A DNA stretch of 63,184 nt, filler included, from Octopus bimaculoides (taxonomy: Eukaryota): assembly GCF_001194135.2 (NCBI RefSeq). It is 9 parts of 9 records of this genome, joined end to end, with 100 filler letters (N's around TTAATTAATTAA, not from the genome) between each part and the next. Parts side by side here need not be neighbours in the genome. Positions count along the whole stretch, not along the records: positions 1 to 4,449 come from NW_026342308.1; positions 4,550 to 18,749 come from NC_068983.1; 7 more parts are not named here. The stretch is one strand, 5' to 3'. This document shows positions 1 to 12,737 of this stretch, one piece after another; positions within the stretch are counted from its first letter, which is position 1, and the number at the start of each line of letters is the position of its first letter. A program made the translations under genes and the position numbers. Below the pieces are notes generated by a model. It did no database searches. It was given only the letters and a program-made list of their open reading frames with translations, and was not told where the DNA came from.

Positions 1-375
1 TAGATGTAAGTGTGGGGGGGGTGTATGTATATATGTATATGCACATGTATGTAAGCATATGGATATGAAAATAAACCGATCAACATACAGAGGGATAGGC
101 ACATAGGTTATATGAACAAACAAGCATGTATACGCAAATAAAGACTGAAACACATAGACGCAAACTTATCATTTACTATCTACTGGAACAAATATTTCAG
201 TCTGATACAGCATGCATTTGTGCACAATAGCGTCGTTTAATATTGCAAAGATGTGCTAGCTCTCTTCTGGCGCCTGTTATAATTCTCCGTTCTACAACAA
301 TGAAAATAACATGACGAACGCTACCCAAACTCTATCATAGTATATGTGCATCTATGTGTATGTAGNNNNNNNNNN

Positions 376-406
<31 letters not shown>

Positions 407-1239
407 CGCACAAACAAACTAAAAGTGACACTATGTGAATAACGGACGGAGTCAAAACTATTGAAAAGGTTACAAGATGCAACGAAAATTTTAGAAAAAA
501 TAAGTGAAAAAAGTGAAAATTTTACCGGCAAGTATGTTAAATTATAAAGCACTAAAAGAGAATGAGTCTCCCCAGACACAACAGAATACACGAACTCACA
601 TAAAGAATCTTGCAAACCAAATCTATAGTCTGTTAAAGTCTGTCATACCGGCCATGACGAAGGGAAATAGCCCTGAAACTCGAGTCGCCTCTATATATTT
701 ATATTTATATATTTATATATTTGATCCTTTATATTGAACACTCAATATTTCATCTACATTCAATACTTTCTTTCATGGTGCCATCCATTTTTATTTTATT
801 TTATTTTATATTGTATATTGTATATTATATATTGTATATTCCATATTCTATACCCCACATTAGTTCTGCAGGAATATAAATAAAACATAAAAAACAGACA
901 GTGTTGGAACTCTTTTAAACAAAATAATATATNNNNNNNNNNNNNNNNNNNNNNNNNNNNNNNNNNNNNNNNNNNNNNNNNNNNNNNNNNNNNNNNNNNN
1001 NNNNNNNNNNNNNNNNNNNNNNNNNNNNNNNNNNNNNNNNNNNNNNNNNNNNNNNNNNNNNNNNNNNNNNNNNNNNNNNNNNNNNNNNNNNNNNNNNNNN
1101 NNNNNNNNNNNNNNNNNNNNNNNNNNNNNNNNNNNNNNNNNNNNNNNNNNNNNNNNNNNNNNNNNNNNNNNNNNNNNNNNNNNNNNNNNNNNNNNNNNNN
1201 NNNNNNNNNNNNNNNNNNNNNNNNNNNNNNNNNNNNNNN

Positions 1240-1292
<53 letters not shown>

Positions 1293-3144
1293 TAATACAA
1301 ATGATATATGTGCATATGCATGTATACATACATATATGTACATACCTACATCCACATGTATATATGGATGCATATCCGGGTACAGGACGTCAGAAAAGGA
1401 ACGGGAACATAAAGCACAAAAACGGACTTTTTTTTACAGACAACAGAACGAACACATAGGAAAACAGACGAGCCACTTATAGAACTTTTCCTTCATCAGC
1501 TGCCTCTATTCTAAACTAGGCGTTTCGAAGATGAGTCAGAACGCGCTCTTAGAATAGCTCTTCCTGCTTAGTGGATAACCTGCTAAACAGAAGGTTCCAA
1601 GGTAGCAAACACAAACCAAGACAGGAAAAATTAAACAGTAGTATATGTATATTCGTCTGGTATGTTGATGTTTTAGTTCATTCTTGTCTTGATTATCCCT
1701 GTACTGACGATTCAAAAGTGCATTTTGTGCACTAATTATGAAATCATATGATCTACGGTTGAATCTGTTTTAAAAGACTTGCTTCGAGAGTTGCATTTCC
1801 CTCGCGTTTGGTATAATGTATTTATTATGGTGGTTTTGACTTTAAGAGTCCTTCCTTCTTCTTCTTCTTCTTCTCCTTCTTCTTCTTCTTCTTCTCCTCC
1901 TCCTCCTCCTCCTCCTCCTTCTCCTTCTTCTTCTTCTTCTTACTCTCCTCCACCTCCTTCCTTACTTTACTACCACTGCTGTTTAGAATAACACCTACAC
2001 AAATATTAAAAACAATACATTCAAAAGAGATATCTCAAGAATTCAGTCACTACTAACATCCACAAGTTACTTTTAAGGCACTTGACTATAAATAGTCTAC
2101 AAATACCATATCACTCCCGCATTCTTCTTCTTTTTCTTCTTCTTCTTCTTCTTCTTCTTCTTCTCCTTCCTCTTCTTCTTCTTCTTCTCTGACAAGAATT
2201 CACAACGACCTCGATCCCACAAGAGTAAACAGGAGAGACAGAGAAGCAGAAACAAGGAAAATGGTCCTTGTATTTGAATACCATGCGAATATTCTTTTAA
2301 AAAACTTTTCATTTAATTTCTCCAAAATTTTATTTTTCCAAAATTTAATTGTTTTCTTGTTACATCCAAGGAAATACTCGTTCAACACTTAGTATTGTTG
2401 AGGAATGACATTTCCTTGAAACAATAGGTGTATATATATTAAGCATATCGTTTATATCCAGTTAAAAGAAGGAAAGAAAATGGAGATAAGGAAGTTAAGA
2501 ATTATTTATTACTCTTTTACTTTTTTACTTGTTTCAGCGATGAAATAATGCACATGTATTTAATGTACAAATCTTTGTAATTAAATTATTGAATATTAAT
2601 TGGAACGGGTGTAAGAAGCGAAGATGATCACTTTATTAATGATAAATACTTGTTAACTTCCAACAATTGCATAGAAATCATATGGGGAGGATAGAGAGGG
2701 GTAATACGATAAAGAAGAAGAAGAAGAAGAAGAAGAAGAAGAAGAAGAAGAAGAAGAAGAAGAAGAAGAAGAAGAAGAAGAACTTAATATATGAGGAAGG
2801 GACAATGTATAGCAAATCATTTTATCTGGACTAAAGATTTTCACTACTCCCCTCCACACACACACATCGCGAGTATCCCCGTTATTATTTTTATTCCTTG
2901 GCAATTGTCAGAGTTGTCAATTTTATCCTATTTTCCCTTTTGTCCATTTAACTTTGTCGCTAGTTAATGTCTTGTGGTCAAATATATTTTCACCCATCAA
3001 ACCAAATTTGGTACTAGTGGCATTCCTATACTGACCCACTACAATGATTGTCTTTAGTTCACATAAAGTGATTTGCAATATATTACCCTTCCTTATTTAT
3101 GAAAAGTCTTTAGCTTCTTTTTGTTTTCTTCTTCTTCTTCTTCT

Positions 3145-4449
3145 TATAGACCTCATTATTGGCGAAACACTACAAGAATATGAAGCGGTAACAGGAGCAA
3201 TAATTAACGCGGAAATACCAGTGGGTTTGCAATTCGGCACCTGAAAAGACAAGTCCATACCGTCCAACAGCGTCGTAGGGCATTGGACAGACAGTCGCGT
3301 TAAGTTGCTCGGTGTCTTGTGGAGAAAAACTGGGACGAGGTGACAAGCAGAGTGGAAAATCTCACCCAGAAATGGGCCGAGAGGAAGCTGTCACTGAAAG
3401 GTCGAGCGGAGATGGCGGATGCGTACATCGTATCTGTCATCTATTACCGCTACACTGTCGTCCCTCGTCTTGTTTTCTGGATGACCAATTTGGTGCACTT
3501 ACTCTTCCGCTTTCTGTGGAAGGGGCGTATTCTACAGTTCAGGCGCTCCATCTGGTGTCAACAGCCGCTGGACATGCTGTGGTTGCTGATGCACAGACAT
3601 GTGCTGAGGTTGCTGCATCTCCAGCGTTTCCTTGACGGTGATCAGGTGTGGCCACCGTTTGTAACAGTCACTTTTCCACAGCTCGTCTCTTTGACTGAGC
3701 TGCAATCCTGTATTAGGCGTAGACCGAGGAGGGGCACTTGCTACTTCGAGTGCCGTCAAGCGCTTACAGCCCTCCGCCAGGCGGACAATGCGGTCGTTGG
3801 TAGTGCCACTCTAGCGTTCTATAGAGGGCTCGTGCAGAGAAAGTGCGACAACGTTCTCGGGGAAACACTCGGCATCGATGAGGATCAACTAACCGGTCTG
3901 TTTCGGAGAACTTTCGGGCCTGGGCCTATGGATAACGTCCAGGAANNNNNNNNNNGATGAGGATCAACTAACCGGTCTGTTTCGGAGAACTTTCGGGCCT
4001 GGGCCTATGGATAACTTCCAGGAATTCCTTGCCTCGCAGTGCTACTGAGGGGTGCTGCCAGTTCGAGATAAAATCTACAGGCACGGAAGTGCCGTCAGCC
4101 GGGCCTGTCCGGGGTGTGCCCAGTATGATGAAACTGTTCTGCACGTCCTAATCCAGTGCCTGAGTATTGCTGACGTGTGGGATTACGTCGAACACCTACT
4201 GTCGCGCGTAAGAAGCATCCGGCTATCAGCTGAATCCATAGTGAGGATTGCCCCGCCGCCCTCTTTTGGGCGGGAGGGGCAGGCAATTTTTATTTGTCCA
4301 GTGATTGTAGTGAAAGAGGTAGTATGGTGGACGCATTTGATAGGGCTAAAGACAAACACTTACCTCTTTGGCTAAGCCATCATCAACTTTTTCAAGTTTC
4401 ACTTGAAAAGAAAGTTGATGGTGGAAAGGGAAGTGTTGCCTTGGAGCAA
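3145..4449 (+). mobile_element. 5'-truncated, decayed Tx1-clade (L1-group) non-LTR retrotransposon, post-RT part of ORF2
   Basis: Reads ETLQEYEAVTGAIIN..., then KNWDEVTSRVENLTQKWAERKLSLKGRAEM..., then a C-terminal zinc-finger-like CPGCAQYDETVLHVLIQC. Contains stops and frameshifts. Confidence 0.85.
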
Positions 4450-4493
4450 NNNNNNNNNNNNNNNNNNNNNNNNNNNNNNNNNNNNNNNNNNNN

Positions 4494-4505
4494 TTAATTA
4501 ATTAA
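4494..4505. other. Assembly gap spacer TTAATTAATTAA (also at 18794, 25342, 36098, 42250, 47232, 57345 and 60645)
   Basis: An identical 12-mer centred within N runs eight times, with stops in all six frames. It is an artefact, not biological sequence. Confidence 0.95.
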
Positions 4506-4786
4506 NNNNNNNNNNNNNNNNNNNNNNNNNNNNNNNNNNNNNNNNNNNNGATTGTCGAGGGATATAACTAAATTCCTCAAGATATATTGTCTACCGTTCT
4601 GATGATTCGGCCATTCACAGCTTTCTCCTTGTACCCTCATATTACTTGACGTTGGAAATCAACTCGAGATTTTTCTATCGTCAAAACATTATCATAAAGT
4701 CATTCTCTAAAAAAAAAAAAATAATAAAATAAAGGATGTCAACATAATTTGAATTGGGGAAAAATGTTTCTAAGCTAGCAGTAGAA

Positions 4787-5011
4787 CAGGGTGTCCATAA
4801 ATTACCTTTACAGTTTGAAAAATTCAGAAATAATAAAAGGAAAAGGGTTTCTCAGCAGAATTTATTGGAAAACAGCAAACAAATAAAGTCTTATAGAAAC
4901 ACCGGAACACTTCCACTGGCGCTCCATTGGTTGCATGCAATTTGTTGAGTTAACCTTATAATTTTTTCTTCTGAATTTTTCAAATTGTAAAGATAATTTA
5001 TTAACACCCTG
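4787..5011. mobile_element. Tc1/mariner-type MITE (225 bp)
   Basis: TIRs of about 43 bp: cagggtgtccataaattacctttacagtttgaaaaattcagaa, and the right end's reverse complement cagggtgttaataaattatctttacaatttgaaaaattcagaa. TA follows the right end; the left flank reads AA. Confidence 0.85.
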
Positions 5012-5794
5012 TACTTTTTCGCTGATTATCAACCGGATACTTCTTTCCTCTGAACCGGAATCTAAACATTGCATATAGTGTTTTATAGGCATGGCCGCTA
5101 TCGACTCATCTGAAAGATTGTAGGATAAAACAAAAGCCGTATTTAAAGTATAAAGTTATTTCAAGCTCCCAGCAACTGATCCAATAGCGACTTCCTACAC
5201 CTTCATCATAATAATACCGAAGATATATAAAGGTGATATATAATTAATTAAATTAATTTTCAGTATATTCCTCCATTTAACATTTTTTTTTTTTTTATCG
5301 AAGCTGGAGTTACGAAATATAAAGACAATGAGATTACAACCTAGAAGGTAAATAAATATCAAATGGCATTTCTGGTGCGCTACCAACTCTTCCATCCTTC
5401 TGATATAATAATGATGCTTCTTTATTGAATTTCATGTACTTTTTATCCATCAAGGATTCATAAATTTAAAAGAGATGTCTAAAAATTTACGTAGAATATA
5501 AATTTGAGGAGAGGCGCCGATTTCATCGTGAACAAGATATTATGGGTACTGAGGTAATCCCTTTGTAGTCGCTCAACATGCTAGAAACAGCAGTTAAATC
5601 TCCTTCCTAACATACCCAATTGCCCTGAAGGAAAAACAAAAGACTATATATGTTATGTCTTAAAAATCTTACAGGATGGTCACAACTGGAAATGCCTTTG
5701 AGTATAGTTCTGTTTGATCAAGGTTAACATGGGGGTAAGTAACAAGTGTACATATTTGATAAACATCGGAAAGGTGAAACATAAAATCGACTCT

Positions 5795-7165
5795 GGATGG
5801 ATTTTGTAGAAGCGGCAGCCAAGATACTGGAGGAGGAATTAGGCGATTCTAAGCTTTCGGAACTGATGGACAGGATGTTGGCATTAGTCCCACCCCAGCC
5901 AGCCCCGCAGTGATCCCGGCGTCGGCAAGGGACCTTCGTCACGGAAAGTGGAGTCGACCTTTAACAGCCGCCAACGAGTCCACAATTGAAGCATACGGTC
6001 GTTGCACCTGTAGTAACGCCGTGCGCATGCGTGGAATTCAACAAGCAAGCTTTCCCGCTTAATTCTGTCTCTTTCTTGCTGGCCAGCGATTGAGCATGGA
6101 CGTGTTCAGCTGTCTCTCCATCTTTCGGACTTACGCTCGACAGCTCGCTTACATCTACATACCAAACGTCCCAACAACAATGCTCACACACACAGAAGCT
6201 GTAACAACAAACAAGAGCTAAAGATGTATATATTTACCACCTGAATAAATGTTGTTTAAGTTGATAGTCTGGAGTTCAGCGTTCCGTTTAATTTCTAATT
6301 TTATATAGGAAAGTCAGGTATACATCTAATGATGTATAACCAACTTTCCTATACACCCTTTCTCTCAACATCAGCTCACAAAAATACACATGGACATTTA
6401 CCATCGCCGATGTCCATCAGCCCATAATCAGTGCAGACTTTCTTCGAGCACACTTGCTACTGGTGGATTTGCGGGGAAGACGACTCCTCAACAACAACAC
6501 ATGCGCTTCCGTGCATCTTGCAACATCTGCACATCCTGCCCCCACCCCACCCCCGCATAGCAACCGTCTCGCAGACCAAGAACGAATTCTCGAATCTTCT
6601 TGTAAGTCGCTCCAATCTCACCACTCGGACATTCTCAAAACTTACAGCCCGCCACAGGGTGACACACCACATCCCCACCACCTCCTCCGCCAGTGTACAG
6701 CTGCGCACGTCGTCTAACACCAGACAAACTTGCAATCGCAAAAGCCGAGTTCGACAATATGGAGACATTGAGCATAGTTCGCCGATCAAGCAGTCCCTGA
6801 TCATCACCCCTATATGTGGCCCCCAAATCCAATGGAGGTTATCGACCCTGCGGATATTACCGTCGTCTCAACGCAGATACGACACCTGATCGCTACCCCG
6901 CCCAGCTAGCCGGGTGCTCGGTTTTCTCGAAGGTTGACTTCATCCGGAGATACCACCAAATACCAGTACAAGCCGACAATGTACCGAAAACCGCTGTGAT
7001 CACTCCTTTCAGTCTGTAAGAATTCCTACGTACACTCTTTGGGCTGAAAAACGCAGCACAATCCTTCCAACGCCTGATGGACTCTGTGTGCAGAGATCTC
7101 GATTTTGTCTTCGCATACTTAGTTGATATCCTTATCGCAAGCCCCAACACGGAGCTACATTAGCG
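5795..7165 (+). mobile_element. Decayed Ty3/Gypsy LTR retrotransposon internal region (gag, protease and RT remnants)
   Basis: Gag-like LGDSKLSELMDRMLAL; protease-region ADFLRAHLLLVDLRGRRLL; RT APKSNGGYRPCGYYRRLNADTTPDRYP...FSKVDF..YHQIPV...KTAVITPF..EFLRTLFGLKNAAQSFQRLMD...AYLVDILIAS. Confidence 0.9.
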
Positions 7166-7189
7166 TACATGGAAAGGTAAACATGCAAC

Positions 7190-7762
7190 ACTACGTCCGG
7201 AGACATTAAAAAAAAGTTGTTATGCAAAGCTGATGATCACGTGCTCTATGAACAATGCAAGAAGTGACTGTCCAACCATATCCCGAGAATGTGGAAACAA
7301 TGCAGGAAATGTTTAATCGCAGCCCGCAAAAATCAACACGTCAAGCAGCTCGTGAAATTGGACTAACAAGACACACAATACGTACAGTGTTGTATAAAGA
7401 ATTGAATTTTCGTCCATGGAAACCCCATTACATGCAGGCGCTAAAACCTGAAGACTGTGACCTCAGAAATCCAAAGCTCCAAGAAGTCCAGATCTCACTC
7501 CATGTGATTTTTACCTGTGGGGTTACTCAAAAGTGGTGTACAAAACAAAACCTCACACACTGGAGAACTTGGAGACATGGATTCAGGAGGTTCTCAATGA
7601 TATCTCAGACNNNNNNNNNNACCGATGCTTACGTTGAAATATGAAAATTTACTTTCATTTTCCCATGTAATAAAGAACATGTATCATTTGTTTCAATAAA
7701 TTTGTAAAAGGAATATGGATTTTATTACCAATTTTTAATGCATTCTTACTTTTCACCCACCC

Positions 7763-7765
<3 letters not shown>
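7190..7765 (+). mobile_element. Internally deleted mariner-like (Tc1/mariner) transposon
   Basis: HTH region FNRSPQKSTRQAAREIGLTRHTIRTVLYKELNFRPWKPHY is joined directly to C-terminal PRSPDLTPCDFYLWGY. Ends with cacccaccc-tata, a TIR-like end plus TA. Confidence 0.8.
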
Positions 7766-7835
<70 letters not shown>

Positions 7836-7846
7836 GCATATATATA

Positions 7847-8187
7847 TTCTTTTACTTGTTTCAGTCATTTGACTGCGACCATGCTGGTGCACTGCATTTA
7901 GTCGAACAAATCGACCCCAGCACTTATTATTTGGAAGCCTAGTACTTATTCTATCGATATCTTTTGCCGAGCCGCTATGTTACGGAGACGTAAACACACC
8001 AACATCGGTTGTCAAGCGATGTTGGAAGGGGGGCAAACACAGACACACAAACATATACATATATACACACCAAATCCACTCGCAAGGCTTTGGTCGGCCC
8101 GAGGCTATAGTAGAAGACACTTGCCCAAGGTGCCACGCAGTGGGACTGAACCCAGAACCATGTGGTTGGTAAGCAAGCTTCTTACCA
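7847..8187 (-). mobile_element. tRNA-derived SINE, family A
   Basis: Minus strand has a B-box-like GGTTCAGTCCC head, a conserved core and the tail ...cagcatggtcgcagtcaaatgactgaaacaagtaaaag. Near-identical to the copies at 16921-17290 and 49824-50175. Confidence 0.85.
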
Positions 8188-8194
8188 TGTATAC

Positions 8195-8920
8195 TTAGGT
8201 GCGTGTATGTTTTAGTGATTGTTGTGTGTATGTGAGTTGTGTGGGTTCATTTGTGTGTGTGTCCATGTATGTATACTTGGGTGTGTGTGTGTTGTGTGTA
8301 GGAATATGTGTGGGTTCATTTGCATGCGCGTGTTTGTGAGTTCGTTTGTACATGTGTGTGTATGTGTCTTGTGTGTGTGTAGACGGGGGGTTGTGTGTGG
8401 AAGTATATGTGCGTTTTTTCGCGCCTATGCACGGGTGTGTATGTGTATGTGCGTGTATGTTTGCGTGCATGTGTGTGTGTGTGCGTGTGTGAGTATGTGC
8501 GTGTGTGTGTGTGAATGTGCGTACGCGTGTGTGGGGGATTGTGAGTGTTGGGTACTGTGCGTGTGTGTGTATATGTGTCTGTGTGTGTCTGTATGTGTGT
8601 TTGTGCGTGTGGGTGTGTGTGTGGGATTGTGAGTGTTAGGTGCGTGTGTGTATATGTGTGTGTGTGAGTGTGTATATTTTGCGCGCGCGCGCGCGTATGT
8701 GTATTTATGTGCATATTTTGGTGCATGTGTGTGTGTGTGTACGTCGTGTATATATGCGTTCCTGTGTATGTGTGCCTGCGTTTGCTTACGTACGTGCGTG
8801 CATGTGCGTGTGTCATTTATGCCCTTGTGTGTGTAATTGTATGCGTGTCTGTGTGAGTGTGTATTGTGTATGTAGGAGGTATGTGTGCGAGTGTGTGTGT
8901 GTCTGTGTATGTATATATAT
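8195..8920. repeat. Long degenerate (GT)n-derived microsatellite
   Basis: About 700 bp of interrupted GT repeats. It produces the spurious CV- and HT-rich ORFs in the track. Confidence 0.9.
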
Positions 8921-9019
8921 ATATAAGACTTTCCGTATTCCCGAGCGTCATACTAATACAACCTTTTGTTATTTACACCACCTGTCCTCGTCTGTTGTTG
9001 TTTTTTCGTATATTCTCCC

Positions 9020-9055
<36 letters not shown>

Positions 9056-10084
9056 TCATATGACAAATCTATGCAAAGACATGTTTTTATATCTATCTAT
9101 ATGTGTGAGTATGAAAGCACATACATGCCCACACTCACACAGATAGACACATTTACACACGCGCATCTATGCATGTGTGTATATATGCGTGTGTCCCATA
9201 TATATATATTTAGATTCAAAATTGAATATGGTACTTATGTTTAGGCACCAGAATATAGTATGGTATTATCCAAAAACCATTCTAAAAGCAAGGTGATCAA
9301 AAAATCAAAATAATATATATATATGTGTGTGTGTGTGTGTGTNNNNNNNNNNNNNNNNNNNNNNNNNNNNNNNNNNNNNNNNNNNNNNNNNNNNNNNNNN
9401 NNNNNNNNNNNNNNNNNNNNNNNNNNNNNNNNNNNNNNNNNNNNNNNNNNNNNNNNNNNNNNNNNNNNNNNNNNNNNNNNNNNNNNNNNNNNNNNNNNNN
9501 NNNNNNNNNNNNNNNNNNNNNNNNNNNNNNNNNNNNNNNNNNNNNNNNNNNNNNNNNNNNNNNNNNNNNNNNNNNNNNNNNNNNNNNNNNNNNNNNNNNN
9601 NNNNNNNNNNNNNNNNNNNNNNNNNNNNNNNNNNNNNNNNNNNNNNNNNNNNNNNNNNNNNNNNNNNNNNNNNNNNNNNNNNNNNNNNNNNNNNNNNNNN
9701 NNNNNNNNNNNNNNNNNNNNNNNNNNNNNNNNNNNNNNNNNNNNNNNNNNNNNNNNNNNNNNNNNNNNNNNNNNNNNNNNNNNNNNNNNNNNNNNNNNNN
9801 NNNNNNNNNNNNNNNNNNNNNNNNNNNNNNNNNNNNNNNNNNNNNNNNNNNNNNNNNNNNNNNNNNNNNNNNNNNNNNNNNNNNNNNNNNNNNNNNNNNN
9901 NNNNNNNNNNATTTTGTTCACTTAAAAATTAGAATTTTGGAAAATAAAAGTTTTCTTTACAATTGCGATTTCCATTTTTGTTTACATGAAATTATAAATA
10001 GAAAAAATTAAGATTTGGCTGTTATTTCTAGCATGTGGAGATACTTTCTAGGCTTACTTTCATACGCTGGTTGAAAATCACCTG

Positions 10085-10410
10085 AAAAAGATTCTTGGGT
10101 CGATACATTCGACTAAAAATTCTTCAAGGCGGTGCCACAGCATGGTCACAGTCTAATGATTTAACAAGTACAAAAAAAAAAAACGAAATATATTACAGAG
10201 GTCGTTTTGACCAGGCTTAAAAAAAAGATTCTAGATTCCATATAGTCGTCTAAAAATTCTTGAAGGTGGTGCCCTAGCAAGGTCGCAGTCTAATTACTGC
10301 AACAAGTAAAAAGATTTGGAAAAAAATTCTGGCATCGATACATTCGACTCAAAATTCTTCAAGGCGGGGTCCCAACATGGCTGCAGTCTAATGACTGAAA
10401 CAAGTAAAAG
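10085..10410 (+). repeat. Three tandem degenerate copies (about 110 bp each) of the family A SINE 3' tail
   Basis: The motif aaaaattcttcaaggcggtgcc..cagcatggtc.cagtctaatga...aacaagta recurs at about 10115, 10250 and 10350. Confidence 0.75.
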
Positions 10411-11324
10411 GGGAGAAAAAAACGAAAAAAAAATCCCAAGAATATAACCAAAGGAGTTTTGTCCACTTTCACACTTTAATTGTGGGAGTTTTATCTGAGT
10501 GGATTTTGTCCTACACTCTCTCTATGTGTGTGGGGGGTGGGGTTGTGCTCGCCCACCACCACTACCATTTGACAACCGGTGCTGGTGTGTTTATGTTCCC
10601 GTTAACTAGCAGTTCGGGGGAAAAGGACCGATAGAATAGGCGCCAGGCTTTAAAAAACAAGTACTAGAGTCGATTCATTTGACTACAAATTCCTCAAGAT
10701 AGATAGATAGATAGATAGATGAGAGTTAGTGTGTCTATGGGTGTGTGTGTATATATAAATATGTTTTATATTTAGCAATATATATTTATAAACTGATGTA
10801 TGCAACCAAAAGATTGTACATTATTTATTTGTTTCTTTTCCGTTTATAACTTCTCCTTTCTTCTACTTCCGCTTCCATCCTTTCTTAGATTTCTAGCAAA
10901 CAGCCATTTCCTCTTACAAATTACGGAAAATATCTATTCACTAACTATTTACAATTTGAGTTCTTGTTCAGAAAGATATTTACGATATATACAATAATAG
11001 TTATACTATTCAACTAGAGAAGGAGTCTGATATAAATACAATATATTACTAGTGCATATTCATGCAAAATCCACGGATGTGAGTGAGGTGGTGGGGCTAA
11101 ATATTTAGTTTTATGGATGATTTCTAATTGCAAACAATACTGGAAAGGATTAATTGGATAAAATAAGTGTTTCTTTTTATCATTTCATAAATAATAATAA
11201 TAATAATAACGACAGATGTTTATGTTGTTTGTTTTGTTTTCCATTTGTGTCTTTCGTTGTTCGAAAGAATAGTTCATGTTCCATGTACTCATGCTTCGTA
11301 TTCTTTTTTGTTGTACACGTTTCA

Positions 11325-12180
11325 TGACGTCCTGTGCCCACAAATGCTAGCTATGCAGAAAATGCTAAAGTCTCAGAGGATACAGAATCCTGGTGATATT
11401 GCGCATCTGCAACAGAAGCTGACTGTAATATACTGATAGGCTGAAGACAATAACATGCAGTTGAATGCTGGAAAATTCCAAGCTCTGCACTACAAGCACA
11501 AAAACCTGAATGCAACAGACAGGATACACTGGCCCAGGAGGGACTGTAATCTCATAATCAAAATCAGTGCATTGAAGAAATGCCCAGCGACATATTAATA
11601 ATTGGCAATAAAATGCAGATGGTCGGCCAGATGGATCCTTAGAACTTTTGAAATGAGAATAGTAAACCATGATGTTCTTCTGCAAGATATATGTCTTCAG
11701 CTGCTTTAGCTACTCCCAACTATGGTCACCACACAGTGTTAAATTAACAGCAGAACTCGAATCAATCCAGCAAAGATGCACAAAGAAGATGGTTTCACTG
11801 GAACATGTCAACTACTGGGAGAAGCTGAAAAAGTCAAGACTTTACTCCCTAGAATAAAGGCAGGAGGAAGGACTTGTACCAAATTTTGCCATTGAGAGTT
11901 ACACAAACAGTAGAACAGGATGCCACTGCATAGTGCCAGAGATCCCAAGATCGCTATCACGCTACAGAACCAGATACTGCAACAGCTTGGAATCTGTGTA
12001 TTGAGGGGGTCAGCATTGGTGAATGTGAGGAGACCGTCTGGGCAGTATAATCTATATCATTTTGATATGGTTAGGTAGAAATAGTCCAGCAAGATCTGTG
12101 ACCTCTACTTCACAAAATTCCTCAGCTCTTCAATATCCTTCCAAAAAACCTAAGAGACCTGTGTGGTGTGAAGTATTGAT
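11325..12180 (+). mobile_element. Decayed CR1/L2-group LINE, RT C-terminus and 3' region
   Basis: Reads YAENAKVSQRIQNPGDIAHLQQKLTVIY..AEDNNMQLNAGKFQALHY (degenerate YADD region), then YSQLWSPHSVKLTAELESIQQRCTKKM...YWEKLKKSRLYSLE. Confidence 0.8.
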
Positions 12181-12443
12181 TGTGAAGTAAAAGCTGACCG
12201 AGAAATATATTGCAGCTAATTTATTGTGGAAAATATAATAAGTGGGAATACTAAAACAAAAGTTCCATATAAAAATATTCTAGCACTGTATTTTGTCCCA
12301 GTAATTCTCAGATACTTTCATTTTGAAAATGAAGGGCATGTAGGTGTTCCTTGATATTTACAGTGATAACAGTGAATCAACTATTAATGAAACTAGAAAC
12401 ATCAGGGCTGCATCTAAATAGCGTCTGCGTACACTTCTCACAA

Positions 12444-12737
12444 TGTTGTTGTTGTTGTTGGCACTCCGTCGCTTATGACGTTGAGAGTTCCAGTTGATCC
12501 GATCAACGGAACAGCCTGCTCGTGAAGTTAACGTGCAAGTGGCTGAGCACTCCACAGACACGTGTACCCTTAACGTAGTTCTCGGGGATGTTCAGCGTGA
12601 CACAGTGTGACAAGGCTGACCCTTTGAATTACAGGCACAACAGAAACAGGAAGTAAGAGTGAGAGAAAGTTGTGGTGGAAGAGTACAGCAGGGTTCGCCA
12701 CCATCCCCTGCCGGAGCCTCGTGGAGCTTTAGGTGTT
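12444..12737 (-). mobile_element. tRNA-derived SINE, family B (3' part; truncated by gap)
   Basis: Reverse complement of the 3' two-thirds of the full copy at 54737-55118, ending in a (CAA)n tail. Confidence 0.9.

Noticed and set aside
1485-1540. CTGATGA and GAAAC on the minus strand (possible hammerhead)
   Set aside because: The order is reversed for type I and I could not find a usable NUH site or stem I for type II.
2000-2390. Open plus-strand stretch LTRIHNDLDPTRVNRRDREAETRKMVLVFEYHAN, and a possible poly-Glu minus-strand exon
   Set aside because: Only a faint resemblance to PLE linkers, it is interrupted by a microsatellite, and the splice signals are weak. There is not enough to call.
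3877-4025. Direct duplication of about 70 bp within the Tx1-like ORF
   Set aside because: The two copies flank a short N gap, which points to unmerged overlapping contig ends.
8195-9244. Many long ORFs rich in CV, HT, YI or X throughout the track (also 22-24 kb, 53-62 kb)
   Set aside because: These are translations of dinucleotide microsatellites or N gaps.
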